A DNA stretch of 64,000 bases, from contig OY820591.1 of NCBI GenBank assembly GCA_963555985.3, positions 2,528,001 through 2,592,000 of the forward strand, read 5' to 3'. The position numbers and the translations under genes are program-made. Each line of letters starts with the position of its first letter. Position 1 is the first letter of the stretch. Shown here one piece after another: positions 38,779-47,807 of this stretch. The stretch is from Dehalococcoidia bacterium (GTDB lineage: Bacteria > Chloroflexota > Dehalococcoidia > Bin125). The notes beneath the pieces were generated by a model that made no database searches, was not told the origin of the DNA, and saw nothing but the letters and a program-made list of their open reading frames with translations.

Positions 38779-40176
38779 ATGCCGGACCTCTATCAGGACT
38801 TCCTGGAGTACTTCGAGCAGGCGGCGCGGTACTCCGAACTGGATCCCCGCCTGCTGGAACAGGTCAAGACCTGCAACAACCTCTACCAAATGACCTTCCC
38901 GGTCGAGAACGAATACGGGGAGATCGAGGTGATCGAGGCCTGGCGCGCCCAGCACAGCCACCATCGTCTGCCGACTAAGGGCGGGATTCGCTATTCGACC
39001 ATGGTCGACGGCGACGAGGTCAAGGGCCTCGCCGCGCTGATGACCTTCAAATGCGCAATCGTGGACGTGCCCTTCGGCGGGGCCAAGGGCGGCGTCTGCA
39101 TCGACCCGTATCAGCGCTCGCCCGAGTTCGTCGAACGGGTCACGCGGCGGCTGGTGATCGAGCTGAACCGGCACCACTTCATCGGCCCCTCGGTTGATGT
39201 GCCCGCCCCGGACTACGGCACCGGCGAGCGGGAAATGGCCTGGATCGCCGACACCTACCGCACGCTCAACCCGGACGACATCAACCACTGGGGCAGCGTG
39301 ACCGGCAAGCCGCTCTCGCTGCATGGCATCCCCGGCCGGCGCGAGGCGACCGGACTGGGCGTGTTCCACGGGATCATCAACTGCCTGGCCGATCCGCACG
39401 GCGGCCACGGCCTCTCGCCCGGTCTCGAGAGCAAGCGCGTGATCGTGCAGGGCTTAGGCAACGTCGGCTATCACGCCGCGCGCGAACTCTCCGATCACGG
39501 CGCGCGGATCGTCGGCATCGCCGAAATCGACGCCGGCCTCTACGACCCCAACGGCCTGGACATGGAGGACGTCGCCAGGCATCGGCGGGAACACGGCGGC
39601 ATCGGCGGCTATCCGGCGGGCCAAGTCTTCGCCGATTCCCTGGAGACGATCGAGCAGCCCTGCGACATCCTCGTGCCGGCTGCACTGGAGCACCAGATCA
39701 CGCTCGACAACGCCCGCCGAATTCAGGCCTCGTTGATCGCCGAGGCGGCCAACGCGCCCACCACGCCCGAGGCCGACCGCGTCCTGCGCGAGCGCGGCGT
39801 AATCGTGATCCCCGACCTCTATCTCAACGCCGGCGGCGTCACCGTCTCCTACTTCGAGTGGGTCAAGAACCTCTCCCATATCTCGTTCGATCGCATGCTG
39901 ACCGGTACCGCCGACATGCAAACCCGGCGGATGCTCGACACGATGCAGGCAATCACGGGCAGCGCTGTCCCGCTCAACGAGCGCGCCATGATCGAACGCG
40001 GCCCGACCGAAATCGACATCGTGAACAACTCGCTGGCTAAGACCATGGGCGAGTCCTATCAACGCATCGCGGAACTGCGGCGCGAGCGCAACCTCCCCGA
40101 TCTACGCACCGCCGCCTACCTCTATTCGCTCGAACTGGTCGCGCAGAGCTACTTGGAACTGGGCCTCTTTCCCTAA
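38779..40176 (+). CDS. gdhA: Glu/Leu/Phe/Val dehydrogenase (glutamate dehydrogenase)
   Basis: PTKGGIRY, MTFKCA, PFGGAKGG, DVPAPD, QGLGNVG, NAGGVTVSYFEW. Confidence 0.9.
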   Translation: MPDLYQDFLEYFEQAARYSELDPRLLEQVKTCNNLYQMTFPVENEYGEIEVIEAWRAQHSHHRLPTKGGIRYSTMVDGDEVKGLAALMTFKCAIVDVPFGGAKGGVCIDPYQRSPEFVERVTRRLVIELNRHHFIGPSVDVPAPDYGTGEREMAWIADTYRTLNPDDINHWGSVTGKPLSLHGIPGRREATGLGVFHGIINCLADPHGGHGLSPGLESKRVIVQGLGNVGYHAARELSDHGARIVGIAEIDAGLYDPNGLDMEDVARHRREHGGIGGYPAGQVFADSLETIEQPCDILVPAALEHQITLDNARRIQASLIAEAANAPTTPEADRVLRERGVIVIPDLYLNAGGVTVSYFEWVKNLSHISFDRMLTGTADMQTRRMLDTMQAITGSAVPLNERAMIERGPTEIDIVNNSLAKTMGESYQRIAELRRERNLPDLRTAAYLYSLELVAQSYLELGLFP

Positions 40177-40241
40177 ACCGTGTTGCCGCGCCGTCCGCTA
40201 ATGTGGCTCTATCAGCGTCTTCCGACCAGATAGGTACCAGC

Positions 40242-40766
40242 ATGGGCAACCCCGAACACTACCTCGACCTCGTGCCTCGTTTCGATGACGACGGACTCCC
40301 TCAGATCCAATTCACCAGCGACGACGAAGCGAATCAAATGCTCGCCGACGACGCCAATGCCTTCCTGATCGGCGTCGTGCTCGATCAACAAATCCCCGCG
40401 ACCAAAGCCTTCACCGGCCCGGCCGTCCTCCGCCGTCGCCTGGGACACTTCGATCCCGCGAAAATCGCAGCGATGCCCCAGGATGAATTCATCACCGTCT
40501 TCCGTGAAAAACCTGCCGTCCACCGCTTCCCCGCCTCGATGGGCAAGCGCGTCCACGACGCCTGCGCCGCAATCAGCAGCGAATTCGACAACGACGCCGC
40601 CAACATCTGGAAGGACTTCGCCGACGCCAAGACTGTGATGAAACGACTCAGCACAATCCCCGGCATCGGCAAGACCAAGCAGAGTCTCGCGGTGATGCTG
40701 TTGGGTCGCTACTACGGCATCGAACTGGACGGCTGGCGCGAGGCCGCGCCCATCGATCTACCCTGA
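40242..40766 (+). CDS. HhH-GPD-type base excision repair-like protein
   Basis: LIGVVLDQQ, AFTGP, KPAVHRFPASM, IPGIGKTK. Confidence 0.8.
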   Translation: MGNPEHYLDLVPRFDDDGLPQIQFTSDDEANQMLADDANAFLIGVVLDQQIPATKAFTGPAVLRRRLGHFDPAKIAAMPQDEFITVFREKPAVHRFPASMGKRVHDACAAISSEFDNDAANIWKDFADAKTVMKRLSTIPGIGKTKQSLAVMLLGRYYGIELDGWREAAPIDLP

Positions 40767-40792
40767 GCGGCGCCTAGCGAAAGGCGCCGCCC

Positions 40793-41137
40793 ATGAGCCA
40801 GCGACCTCCCACATCCGGCCCGCCGCCTCAACGCCAGGGGCAAGCGCCTGTTGAGACGCGCAGACCATCACCACCGCCGCCGCGAGAGCCTCCGACGGCG
40901 ACCGGCGGACCGTCTGTACCCCCACCCGACCGGGGCAAATTGCAGGAGGGCTTGCTGCTCCTGCCCAGGTTCATCTTGTTCCTGTTGCAGGTCGTCGTGT
41001 ACTCGCTTGGCTGGATCCTGTTCCAACTGGGCCGACTCCTGATCAACGTGAGCAAGCTGCGCGAAGAACCCACTCCCTCAATGCCGCTGCCGCCGCGCCA
41101 GAACCTGAACCCGCGCAATCCGCAGCGCCCCAACTGA
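40793..41137 (+). CDS. Small Pro-rich membrane protein, hypothetical
   Basis: Fills the gap between co-oriented genes; one long hydrophobic segment. Confidence 0.55.
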   Translation: MSQRPPTSGPPPQRQGQAPVETRRPSPPPPREPPTATGGPSVPPPDRGKLQEGLLLLPRFILFLLQVVVYSLGWILFQLGRLLINVSKLREEPTPSMPLPPRQNLNPRNPQRPN

Positions 41138-41196
41138 TCCGACCGCTATCCTCCCCTCAATCGACCGTTCAGCCCTTCACGAAAGCCATCGAACCC

Positions 41197-42156
41197 ATGC
41201 CTGTCTCCTTCGGCGTCCACACCGGCCAGCAGAACGTCACCATGGACGACCTGCGCCAACTCTGGCGCTGGATCGACGAGCAGGGCATGGACTGGATCTC
41301 GGTCTGGGATCACTTCTACGAAGCCCCGCCCATCGACGGCATGTCGCCCCACTTCGAGTCGCTCACCTGCATGGCCACGATCGCCGCGTTGACCGAGCGG
41401 GTCCGGATCGGCTGCCTCGTCTTCTGCGTGCCCTATCGCAACCCCGCCTATCTCGCCAAGTCGCTAATGACCCTCGATCACATCTCGCGCGGCCGGATCG
41501 AACCCGGACTCGGCGCGGGCTGGCACCAGATGGAGTTCGAGGGCTTCGGCTACGGCTGGCCTAGCCTCAAGACTCGCTTCGAGATGCTCGAAGAAGGCAC
41601 CCAGATCATCAAGGGGATGCTCTCCCAGACCCGAACCAGCTTCGAGGGCGTCCACTATCAAGCGCTCAACGCGACCAATGAGCCCGGCCCCGTTCAGGAG
41701 CACGTCCCCCTCTGGATCGGCGGCCGCGGCGAGCGCAAGACCTTGCGCATGGCCGCGCAGTACGCCGACGGCTGGAACGTGCCCTACATCGGACCCGAGG
41801 AATTCGAGCGGCTCTCTGGCGTGCTCGACGTTCGCTGCGCCGAGCAGGGCCGCGACCCCGCCACGATCGACCGCACCGTCAATCTCCAGTTCAATCTCAG
41901 CCCCACCCAGAAAGAGGCGGACGAAGCTCGCGCCAAGCTGAGCGAGCAGTGGGGCGACCAGGCCGAGCGCGTCTCCGAGGGCGCGCTGCAAGGCACCCCG
42001 GAAGACGCCTTCGACCGCGTCTCGATGTACTGCGACGCCGGCGCGGCCGGAGTCAACGTCGCCCTGCGCGCCCCCTGGAGCGACGACGCGTTTAACGCCT
42101 ACATCACCGAAGTCGTGCCCGCCCTGCGCGACAAGTACGGCGCAGTCGAGCTCTAG
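41197..42156 (+). CDS. LLM-class oxidoreductase
   Basis: SVWDHF, YRNPAYLAK, GLGAGW, LWIGGRG, YADGWN. Confidence 0.88.
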   Translation: MPVSFGVHTGQQNVTMDDLRQLWRWIDEQGMDWISVWDHFYEAPPIDGMSPHFESLTCMATIAALTERVRIGCLVFCVPYRNPAYLAKSLMTLDHISRGRIEPGLGAGWHQMEFEGFGYGWPSLKTRFEMLEEGTQIIKGMLSQTRTSFEGVHYQALNATNEPGPVQEHVPLWIGGRGERKTLRMAAQYADGWNVPYIGPEEFERLSGVLDVRCAEQGRDPATIDRTVNLQFNLSPTQKEADEARAKLSEQWGDQAERVSEGALQGTPEDAFDRVSMYCDAGAAGVNVALRAPWSDDAFNAYITEVVPALRDKYGAVEL

Positions 42157-42177
42157 CGCAAGCGTTAGAGTGACGCT

Positions 42178-43053
42178 ATGAGCGCTCTCGAGATCCAACA
42201 GTTGCCCGACGACCTCCGCGAGCCGGTGCTAATCGTCGCCTTCTTCGGCTGGAACGACGCCGCGGAAGCGGCCACCGACGCCGTGCGCTTCCTGCGCAAC
42301 CTGAGCCAGGAAGCGGCCTTCGCCACGATCGATCCCGACGAGTATTTCGTCTTCACCGAACACCGTCCCCAGGTGAAATGGATCGACGGCGACAACGCCC
42401 GCCGTGAGGTGATCTGGCCCCAGACCGATTTCACCGTCTTGCGTCAGCCCGAGGCCGAGCGCGATCTCATCCTCGGACTCGGCACCGAACCCGACCTGCG
42501 CTGGCGCAACTACTGCCAGCTGATCCTCGAAGTCGCCGAGCGCGCCGGCGCGAACGAGGTCGTCACACTGGGAGCGCTGCTTGCGGATGTGGCCCACACC
42601 CGTCCGATCCGCGTCCAGGGCGGCTCCTCCAACCCTGAACGCCAGCGCCAGCTCGGATTCCCGGCCTCGCGCTACGAAGGCCCGACCGGAATCGTCGGCT
42701 CGCTCGGCGACGCCTGCCGAATCGCCGATGTCTCCCACCTCGGCTTCTGGGCCTCGGTACCGCACTACGTCACCAGCAAGCACAACCCGGGCGCGACCAA
42801 AGCGCTGCTCCAACACGTCGCGCGAACCTACCAGCTCGATCTCGATCTGCGCCATCTCGACGGCGCGCAAGAGCGCTACCGCGCCCAGATCGATACCGCC
42901 CTGCAAGACAAACCCGATGTGCGCGATTACGTCCGCAACCTGGAAGCGCAGGCGGACAAGGAAGCAGCGGCGGCGGGCAGCGACGAACCCTCAGCCCTCG
43001 AAAGCCGCGACGTACTCGAAGAGATCGACCGCCTCCTGCGCGGCGAATCCTGA
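42178..43053 (+). CDS. PAC2 family (proteasome assembly chaperone-like) protein
   Basis: GWNDAAEAA, GTEPDLRW, LGALLADVAHTRP, YEGPTGIVG, WASVPHY. Confidence 0.88.
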   Translation: MSALEIQQLPDDLREPVLIVAFFGWNDAAEAATDAVRFLRNLSQEAAFATIDPDEYFVFTEHRPQVKWIDGDNARREVIWPQTDFTVLRQPEAERDLILGLGTEPDLRWRNYCQLILEVAERAGANEVVTLGALLADVAHTRPIRVQGGSSNPERQRQLGFPASRYEGPTGIVGSLGDACRIADVSHLGFWASVPHYVTSKHNPGATKALLQHVARTYQLDLDLRHLDGAQERYRAQIDTALQDKPDVRDYVRNLEAQADKEAAAAGSDEPSALESRDVLEEIDRLLRGES

Positions 43054-43085
43054 GCCCTCCGAACGAGCCAACTCCAACACAGGCC

Positions 43086-43820
43086 ATGACCGACAACGAC
43101 CAACCCTTCGTCAACGAAATCGAGGTGCGCGGACTGATCGTCGGCGCCTTCCAGGAGAACTGCTGGGTGATCGGCAACCGCCGCACGCGCGAGGCGATCT
43201 GCATCGACCCGGGCGAACAGGCCGACGACATCCTCCACATGGCCTCCGAGATGGGCGTCGAAATCAAACTGATCGCCAATTCCCACGCCCATCTCGATCA
43301 CGTGCTGGGCGTGCGCGGCGTACAGTCCGGCAACGACGCGCAGTTCCTGCTGCACGAAGCCGATCTGGACATCTTGCAGGGCGCGGCTGAGTCGGCGGCC
43401 CGTCTTGGACTAACCGGTGGGATGCAGGTCGAGCAGCCGCCCGACCCCGATCACTACATCGAAGACGAGCAAAAGGTCGAGGTCGACGGCGTCGAACTGC
43501 ACGTGATCCACACGCCCGGACACACGCGCGGTTCGGTCTGCTTCTACGGACACGGCGTGCTCTTCTCCGGCGACACCCTCTTCAAGCAGAGCATCGGCCG
43601 CACCGACCTCCCCGGCGGCGACTACAACCAGGAAATGTCCTCCATCGTCGACAAGCTGCTCCAGCTCCCCGACGAGACCATCGTCCTCCCCGGCCACATG
43701 GACCAGACCACCCTCGCAGCCGAGCGAACCCAAAACCCATTCATCCTCCAAACCCTCGCCCAACGCGGCCTCCGCCCCGGCGAACGCCAAACCCCCGGTG
43801 GCCTAATCCTGCCGAACTAG
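43086..43820 (+). CDS. MBL-fold metallohydrolase (glyoxalase II-like)
   Basis: SHAHLDH, HTPGHT, FSGDTLF, IGRTDLPGG. Confidence 0.9.
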   Translation: MTDNDQPFVNEIEVRGLIVGAFQENCWVIGNRRTREAICIDPGEQADDILHMASEMGVEIKLIANSHAHLDHVLGVRGVQSGNDAQFLLHEADLDILQGAAESAARLGLTGGMQVEQPPDPDHYIEDEQKVEVDGVELHVIHTPGHTRGSVCFYGHGVLFSGDTLFKQSIGRTDLPGGDYNQEMSSIVDKLLQLPDETIVLPGHMDQTTLAAERTQNPFILQTLAQRGLRPGERQTPGGLILPN

Positions 43821-43838
43821 CAGGGGCCCCTGCCCAAA

Positions 43839-44015
43839 CCCCCATCTCCACCATTCCCGCATAGAGAGAAATCAAAGACCGCCATACCCGCGCTCCGCCG
43901 CGGAGCCTGTCCCGCGAAGGCGGGGATCACTCGCCGTGACCAGCACCAACCCCCAACACCACCTCCCCCAAATCTCCCCCTTGAGGGGGAGATGCCCCGC
44001 AGGGGCAGAGGGGGT
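43839..44015 (+). repeat. Nested REP-B/MITE-end/mini-insert cluster plus a REP-A variant
   Basis: ccattcccgcata, gagagaaatcaaag, gccatacccgcgctccgccgcg, gagcctgtcccgcgaaggcgggg; then tctcccccttgagggggagatgccccgcaggggcagagggggt. Confidence 0.7.
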
Positions 44016-44165
44016 GAGAACGCCCCAGTCCTCTCCAATCCCCATCCTCAACCCGATCACCCCACACACCCCTCTGTCAACCAAAACACACCCCAACTCC
44101 AACACATACGAACACACATACGGTAAGCTCGACTATCCACCCACAGAACAAGAGAGCGAGCAAAG

Positions 44166-44942
44166 ATGAGCTTCCCCAACTTCCCCAACCCCGCCCGACG
44201 CGCCAAACTGCTCCAAGCACACCAACTCCGCCAACAAGGCCTCACCCTCCGCCAAATCGCCCAGGAGATGGGCTGCGCACACTCCACCGTCGCCGCCTAC
44301 CTCAAAGACTTCGAACTCTTCCGCGCCGACTTGATCCAGGAACTCGCCGCCGACCAACTCGTCGTCCACCTGCTCCAACTCGCCGACCTCGACGACCCCC
44401 ACCACGACCGCCGCCGCGCCGACATCCGCGAACTGCGCCTGCTGCTCACGGCCGTGCCCAAAATCCGCCGCGACGAATCCGAGCGCACCCAAGAACTCGT
44501 CCAGGGCGGCGTCAGCGTCGACCGCTACGGCCAACGCTACCCCAGGCCCGAACACTTCTTCCCCCCCACCCCCGAAGAAATCCAGCAGATCGAGGCACCT
44601 CCCGCCGAACCGAACGCCGACCTCGACCCCGACCAACCGCTCGCCCTCGCACCCGCACCCAGCCGAACGGAACCGAACGCCTCCGAACACGACGAACGCG
44701 CCCAAGACGCCGACGCACCGGCCCGAACAGAACCGAACAAGCCCGAACACGCAATCGAGCAATCCCCCAACCACAACAGCGAATCGAACCAACCCGGCCA
44801 GAATCCCCCGTCCCAAGCGCCCTACCCCGGCTACATCGACGACCCCCAAGACCCCCTGATCCAGGCCGTCGACGGCCCTGACCCCTGGATCCGCGAGTAC
44901 CTTGAACTCAGCCGCCAGCGCCAGCGACAACTCCCCGCCTAA
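44166..44942 (+). CDS. Helix-turn-helix protein with a low-complexity RTEPN-repeat tail
   Basis: LRQQGLTLRQIAQEMGCAHSTVAAYL; orphan gene flanked by REP clusters. Confidence 0.7.
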   Translation: MSFPNFPNPARRAKLLQAHQLRQQGLTLRQIAQEMGCAHSTVAAYLKDFELFRADLIQELAADQLVVHLLQLADLDDPHHDRRRADIRELRLLLTAVPKIRRDESERTQELVQGGVSVDRYGQRYPRPEHFFPPTPEEIQQIEAPPAEPNADLDPDQPLALAPAPSRTEPNASEHDERAQDADAPARTEPNKPEHAIEQSPNHNSESNQPGQNPPSQAPYPGYIDDPQDPLIQAVDGPDPWIREYLELSRQRQRQLPA

Positions 44943-44943
44943 T

Positions 44944-45156
44944 CCCCATTTCCGTCATTCCCGCGAACGCGGGAATCCATGCGGCGTCTCGAGCGGGATG
45001 CGCATTCCCGCCTACCGAGACCGTTGCCAAAGCCGCAATCTCCTCCCCCCCTTGCGGAGCTCTCCTCTCCCCCCTTGCGGAGCCTGTCCCCGCGTAGGCG
45101 GGGAGGGAGATGTCACGTAGTGCCTGCCCCCGCGCAGGCGGGGGACAGAGGGGGGG
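44944..45156 (+). repeat. Nested REP-B, MITE end, REP-A and two mini-inserts
   Basis: gtcattcccgcgaacgcgggaatcc; cattcccgcctacc then gagaccgttgccaaa; gagcctgtccccgcgtaggcgggg; gcctgcccccgcgcaggcgggg. Confidence 0.75.
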
Positions 45157-45419
45157 CTGCGCCAACCAGATGGGATCACGCGCCAACAGCCCTGTCCGCC
45201 TCCTCCAACCGAACCCGGCCGGGCTGAACGAACCTGAACACCTGAACAGCGATTAGCCCAGCCAACACAGGAGATCCGCAATTCAGCCCGCCGCGAGAAA
45301 TTTCTCCCTGAACACCTCTCATTTTCCCGGCTCGCCCCGCAAAACTGTGCGCCCACCCAACCTGCCCGACGCCCTGCGATAAGATGCACCCAGAGACCCA
45401 TCCCCAAACGGAGCACCTC

Positions 45420-46604
45420 ATGGTCGACTTCCACGACAACAACGACGAAGCCGCGTTCCGCACTCAGGTTCGCTCGTTCATCTCCGACGAATTTCTGCCC
45501 CGCCGCAACAAGATGCGCGAAGAGGCCCGCGCCGCGCAGCCCTTCGACCGCCCGCCCACACAGCGCGAGTGGGAGAAAGAACTGGCCAATCGCGGCTGGA
45601 TCGCACCCGCCTGGCCCAAGCAGTACGGCGGCGCCGGACTCTCCGTCATGCAGCAGTTCATCTTCAACGAGGAGATGGCCGAGGCCCGCGCTCCGCGACC
45701 AGGCGGCATCGCCATCGGCATGGCCGGACCCACCATCATCACGATCGGCACCGAAGAGCAGCAGCAAGAACACCTGCCGCCGATCCTCAGCGGCGACACA
45801 ATCTGGTGCCAGGGCTACTCCGAACCCGGCTCCGGCTCCGACCTCGCCTCGCTCCAAACCCGCGCGGTCAAAGACGGCGACGATTTCGTCGTCAACGGAC
45901 AGAAGATCTGGACCTCCGGCGCGCACAAGTCGGACTGGATGATCCTGCTCGCCCGCACCGACCCCGACGCGCCCAAGCACAAGGGCATCACCTACTTCGT
46001 GCTCGACATGCATTCGCCCGGCGTCTCCACCCGCCCCCTGGTCAACATGGCCGGTACCCACGAGTTCAACGAGGTCTTCTTCGAAGACGTCCGCATTCCC
46101 CAGCGCAACGTGCTCGGCGAGGTCAACCGCGGCTGGTATGGCGCCGTCACCACGCTCGACTTCGAGCGCAGCAGCATCGGCTCCGCCGTCGGGATGCGGC
46201 AGTCGGTCGAGGACATCATCCGCTACGCGAAGGAGAACCGGGGCACCGGCCTCTCCTCGGTCGACCGCCGCGAGACCAAACTCGCCCTCACCGACCGCTA
46301 CATCGAGACCCAGACCGCGCGCATGATCTCCTACCGCATCGTCTCGATGCAAAACCAGGGACTGATCCCCAACCATGAAGCCTCAATGGCCAAACTCTTC
46401 GCCATGGAGCTGAACCAGCGCATCACCGCCACCGCCGTCAAGGTGCTCGGTCTCCACGGTCAGCTCCAGGGCCGCAACGCCCCCCGCCGCGGCCGCCACG
46501 CCTACGGCTTCATCCGCTCCATCGCCAACACCATCGAGGGCGGAACCTCCGAAATCCAGCGCAACATCATCGCCACCCGAGGCCTCGGCCTCCCGCGCGG
46601 TTAG
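45420..46604 (+). CDS. Acyl-CoA dehydrogenase
   Basis: WCQGYSEPGSGSDLASL, TIEGGTSEIQRNIIA; paralog of 36820. Confidence 0.93.
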   Translation: MVDFHDNNDEAAFRTQVRSFISDEFLPRRNKMREEARAAQPFDRPPTQREWEKELANRGWIAPAWPKQYGGAGLSVMQQFIFNEEMAEARAPRPGGIAIGMAGPTIITIGTEEQQQEHLPPILSGDTIWCQGYSEPGSGSDLASLQTRAVKDGDDFVVNGQKIWTSGAHKSDWMILLARTDPDAPKHKGITYFVLDMHSPGVSTRPLVNMAGTHEFNEVFFEDVRIPQRNVLGEVNRGWYGAVTTLDFERSSIGSAVGMRQSVEDIIRYAKENRGTGLSSVDRRETKLALTDRYIETQTARMISYRIVSMQNQGLIPNHEASMAKLFAMELNQRITATAVKVLGLHGQLQGRNAPRRGRHAYGFIRSIANTIEGGTSEIQRNIIATRGLGLPRG

Positions 46605-46630
46605 CAACCATAGGAAGCGCAGCCAGAAAT

Positions 46631-46708
46631 CCCCTCTCCCCTAGGGAGACCTGCGCGCAAATCAAAAGAAAGATCGTCATACCCGCGCTTGCCGCGGGTA
46701 TCTCGCCG
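46631..46708 (+). repeat. Half REP, MITE end and REP-B
   Basis: cccctctcccctagg, gagacctgcgcgcaaatcaaa, gtcatacccgcgcttgccgcgggtatctcgccg. Confidence 0.7.
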
Positions 46709-46755
46709 CGTCCTGCTCCGTCGTCGCCGACGCCGCTGTGGGCGAACCCCCTACC

Positions 46756-47217
46756 TCAATCCACCACCAAGTCCGCACCCAGATCCGCCCCGCAAACCAC
46801 CCCCCGACCGTTAAACCACGCCGACAACCCCGCCGCCACCACCTCCACATCCCCCACAACAATCCGGCAGCTCGCCTGCTGCCAACGCTGGTTCAGGTAG
46901 ACGCCCCCCCGCCGCTGACCCGGAATCCGCCGCTGAAAGATCAGCCCGTCCGGATCACGAGGATCGTGGATCACCAGCGCTCCATCACCAACCGCATCGG
47001 CCACCGCCGCCGACAACCGCGCCGCAACCTCATCCCCCGCACCCGCCGCAACAATCCAGACCCGCTGATCGCCCGGCACGCCCGCATCATCCAGCCACCG
47101 TGCGATCCTGCGCGCTACGACCGCCGCGCGGCGCAGCGCCAGCGTCGGCGCAAGCGCGATCGCCACATCGTCGGCGCGAGTGATGCTCAACACATCGAGA
47201 TCGTCGCGGAGAGTCAT
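46756..47217 (-). CDS. Hypothetical protein resembling a degenerate LarA N-terminal domain
   Basis: LDDAGVP...WIVAAG, IHDPRDPDGL, VYLNQRWQQASCRIVVGDVE; similarity recalled, not searched. Confidence 0.5.
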   Translation of the reverse strand: MTLRDDLDVLSITRADDVAIALAPTLALRRAAVVARRIARWLDDAGVPGDQRVWIVAAGAGDEVAARLSAAVADAVGDGALVIHDPRDPDGLIFQRRIPGQRRGGVYLNQRWQQASCRIVVGDVEVVAAGLSAWFNGRGVVCGADLGADLVVD

Positions 47218-47804
47218 TCACGCTCCAACATCCACCGCACCATAGAACCAGCTGGTTCGGCCGCATCGTCAATCCAGAACACCTCATGCCCACCGCACCT
47301 GTCCAGTCGCGCTCCTGGATCGGAACGCACCACCGCGACGCCCGACCACTCGCCGCCGGGACCGTCCCCTGCGCAGATTGCCGACACCGGCTCGCCCGCG
47401 AACGCGGCAAGGTATACGCCCTCCACAGCGACATACGCGCCCACAAGCTCCACCAAATCCCAGAGTTGATCCGGCCCCACCACCGCCGACGCTGGAATCA
47501 GCCCCAGTCCGTCGCGCTCGACGTAGTCCAGCAGTCCGAGCGCCCTCGTCGCCGACCAAACGTGACGCTCGTCGTCAGGGAGGATTATGACCAGTGTGAC
47601 GGCAGCCGGCGGCTCGCTGGGCACGATCAGCGCCGCCGGCGGCTCCTCCCGCAGCTGCACCACCGTATGCTCGCGAGCAAGTTCCTGCGTCGCCGCTTCA
47701 AACGTCGGCTCTGAAGTCCCGAACAAGTACAGGTAAACCAGCGCTACAACGAACGCAACCAGCGGTACGCCAAGACCAACGATCGCCAGTTTGCGCCGCA
47801 TCAA
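47214..47804 (-). CDS. Membrane-anchored hypothetical protein, likely a degenerate esterase domain
   Basis: N-terminal TM; PAALIVP...TLVIILP...LGLLDYVERDGLGLIP parallels the neighbouring esterase. Confidence 0.5.
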   Translation of the reverse strand: MMRRKLAIVGLGVPLVAFVVALVYLYLFGTSEPTFEAATQELAREHTVVQLREEPPAALIVPSEPPAAVTLVIILPDDERHVWSATRALGLLDYVERDGLGLIPASAVVGPDQLWDLVELVGAYVAVEGVYLAAFAGEPVSAICAGDGPGGEWSGVAVVRSDPGARLDRCGGHEVFWIDDAAEPAGSMVRWMLERE

Positions 47805-47807
47805 TCG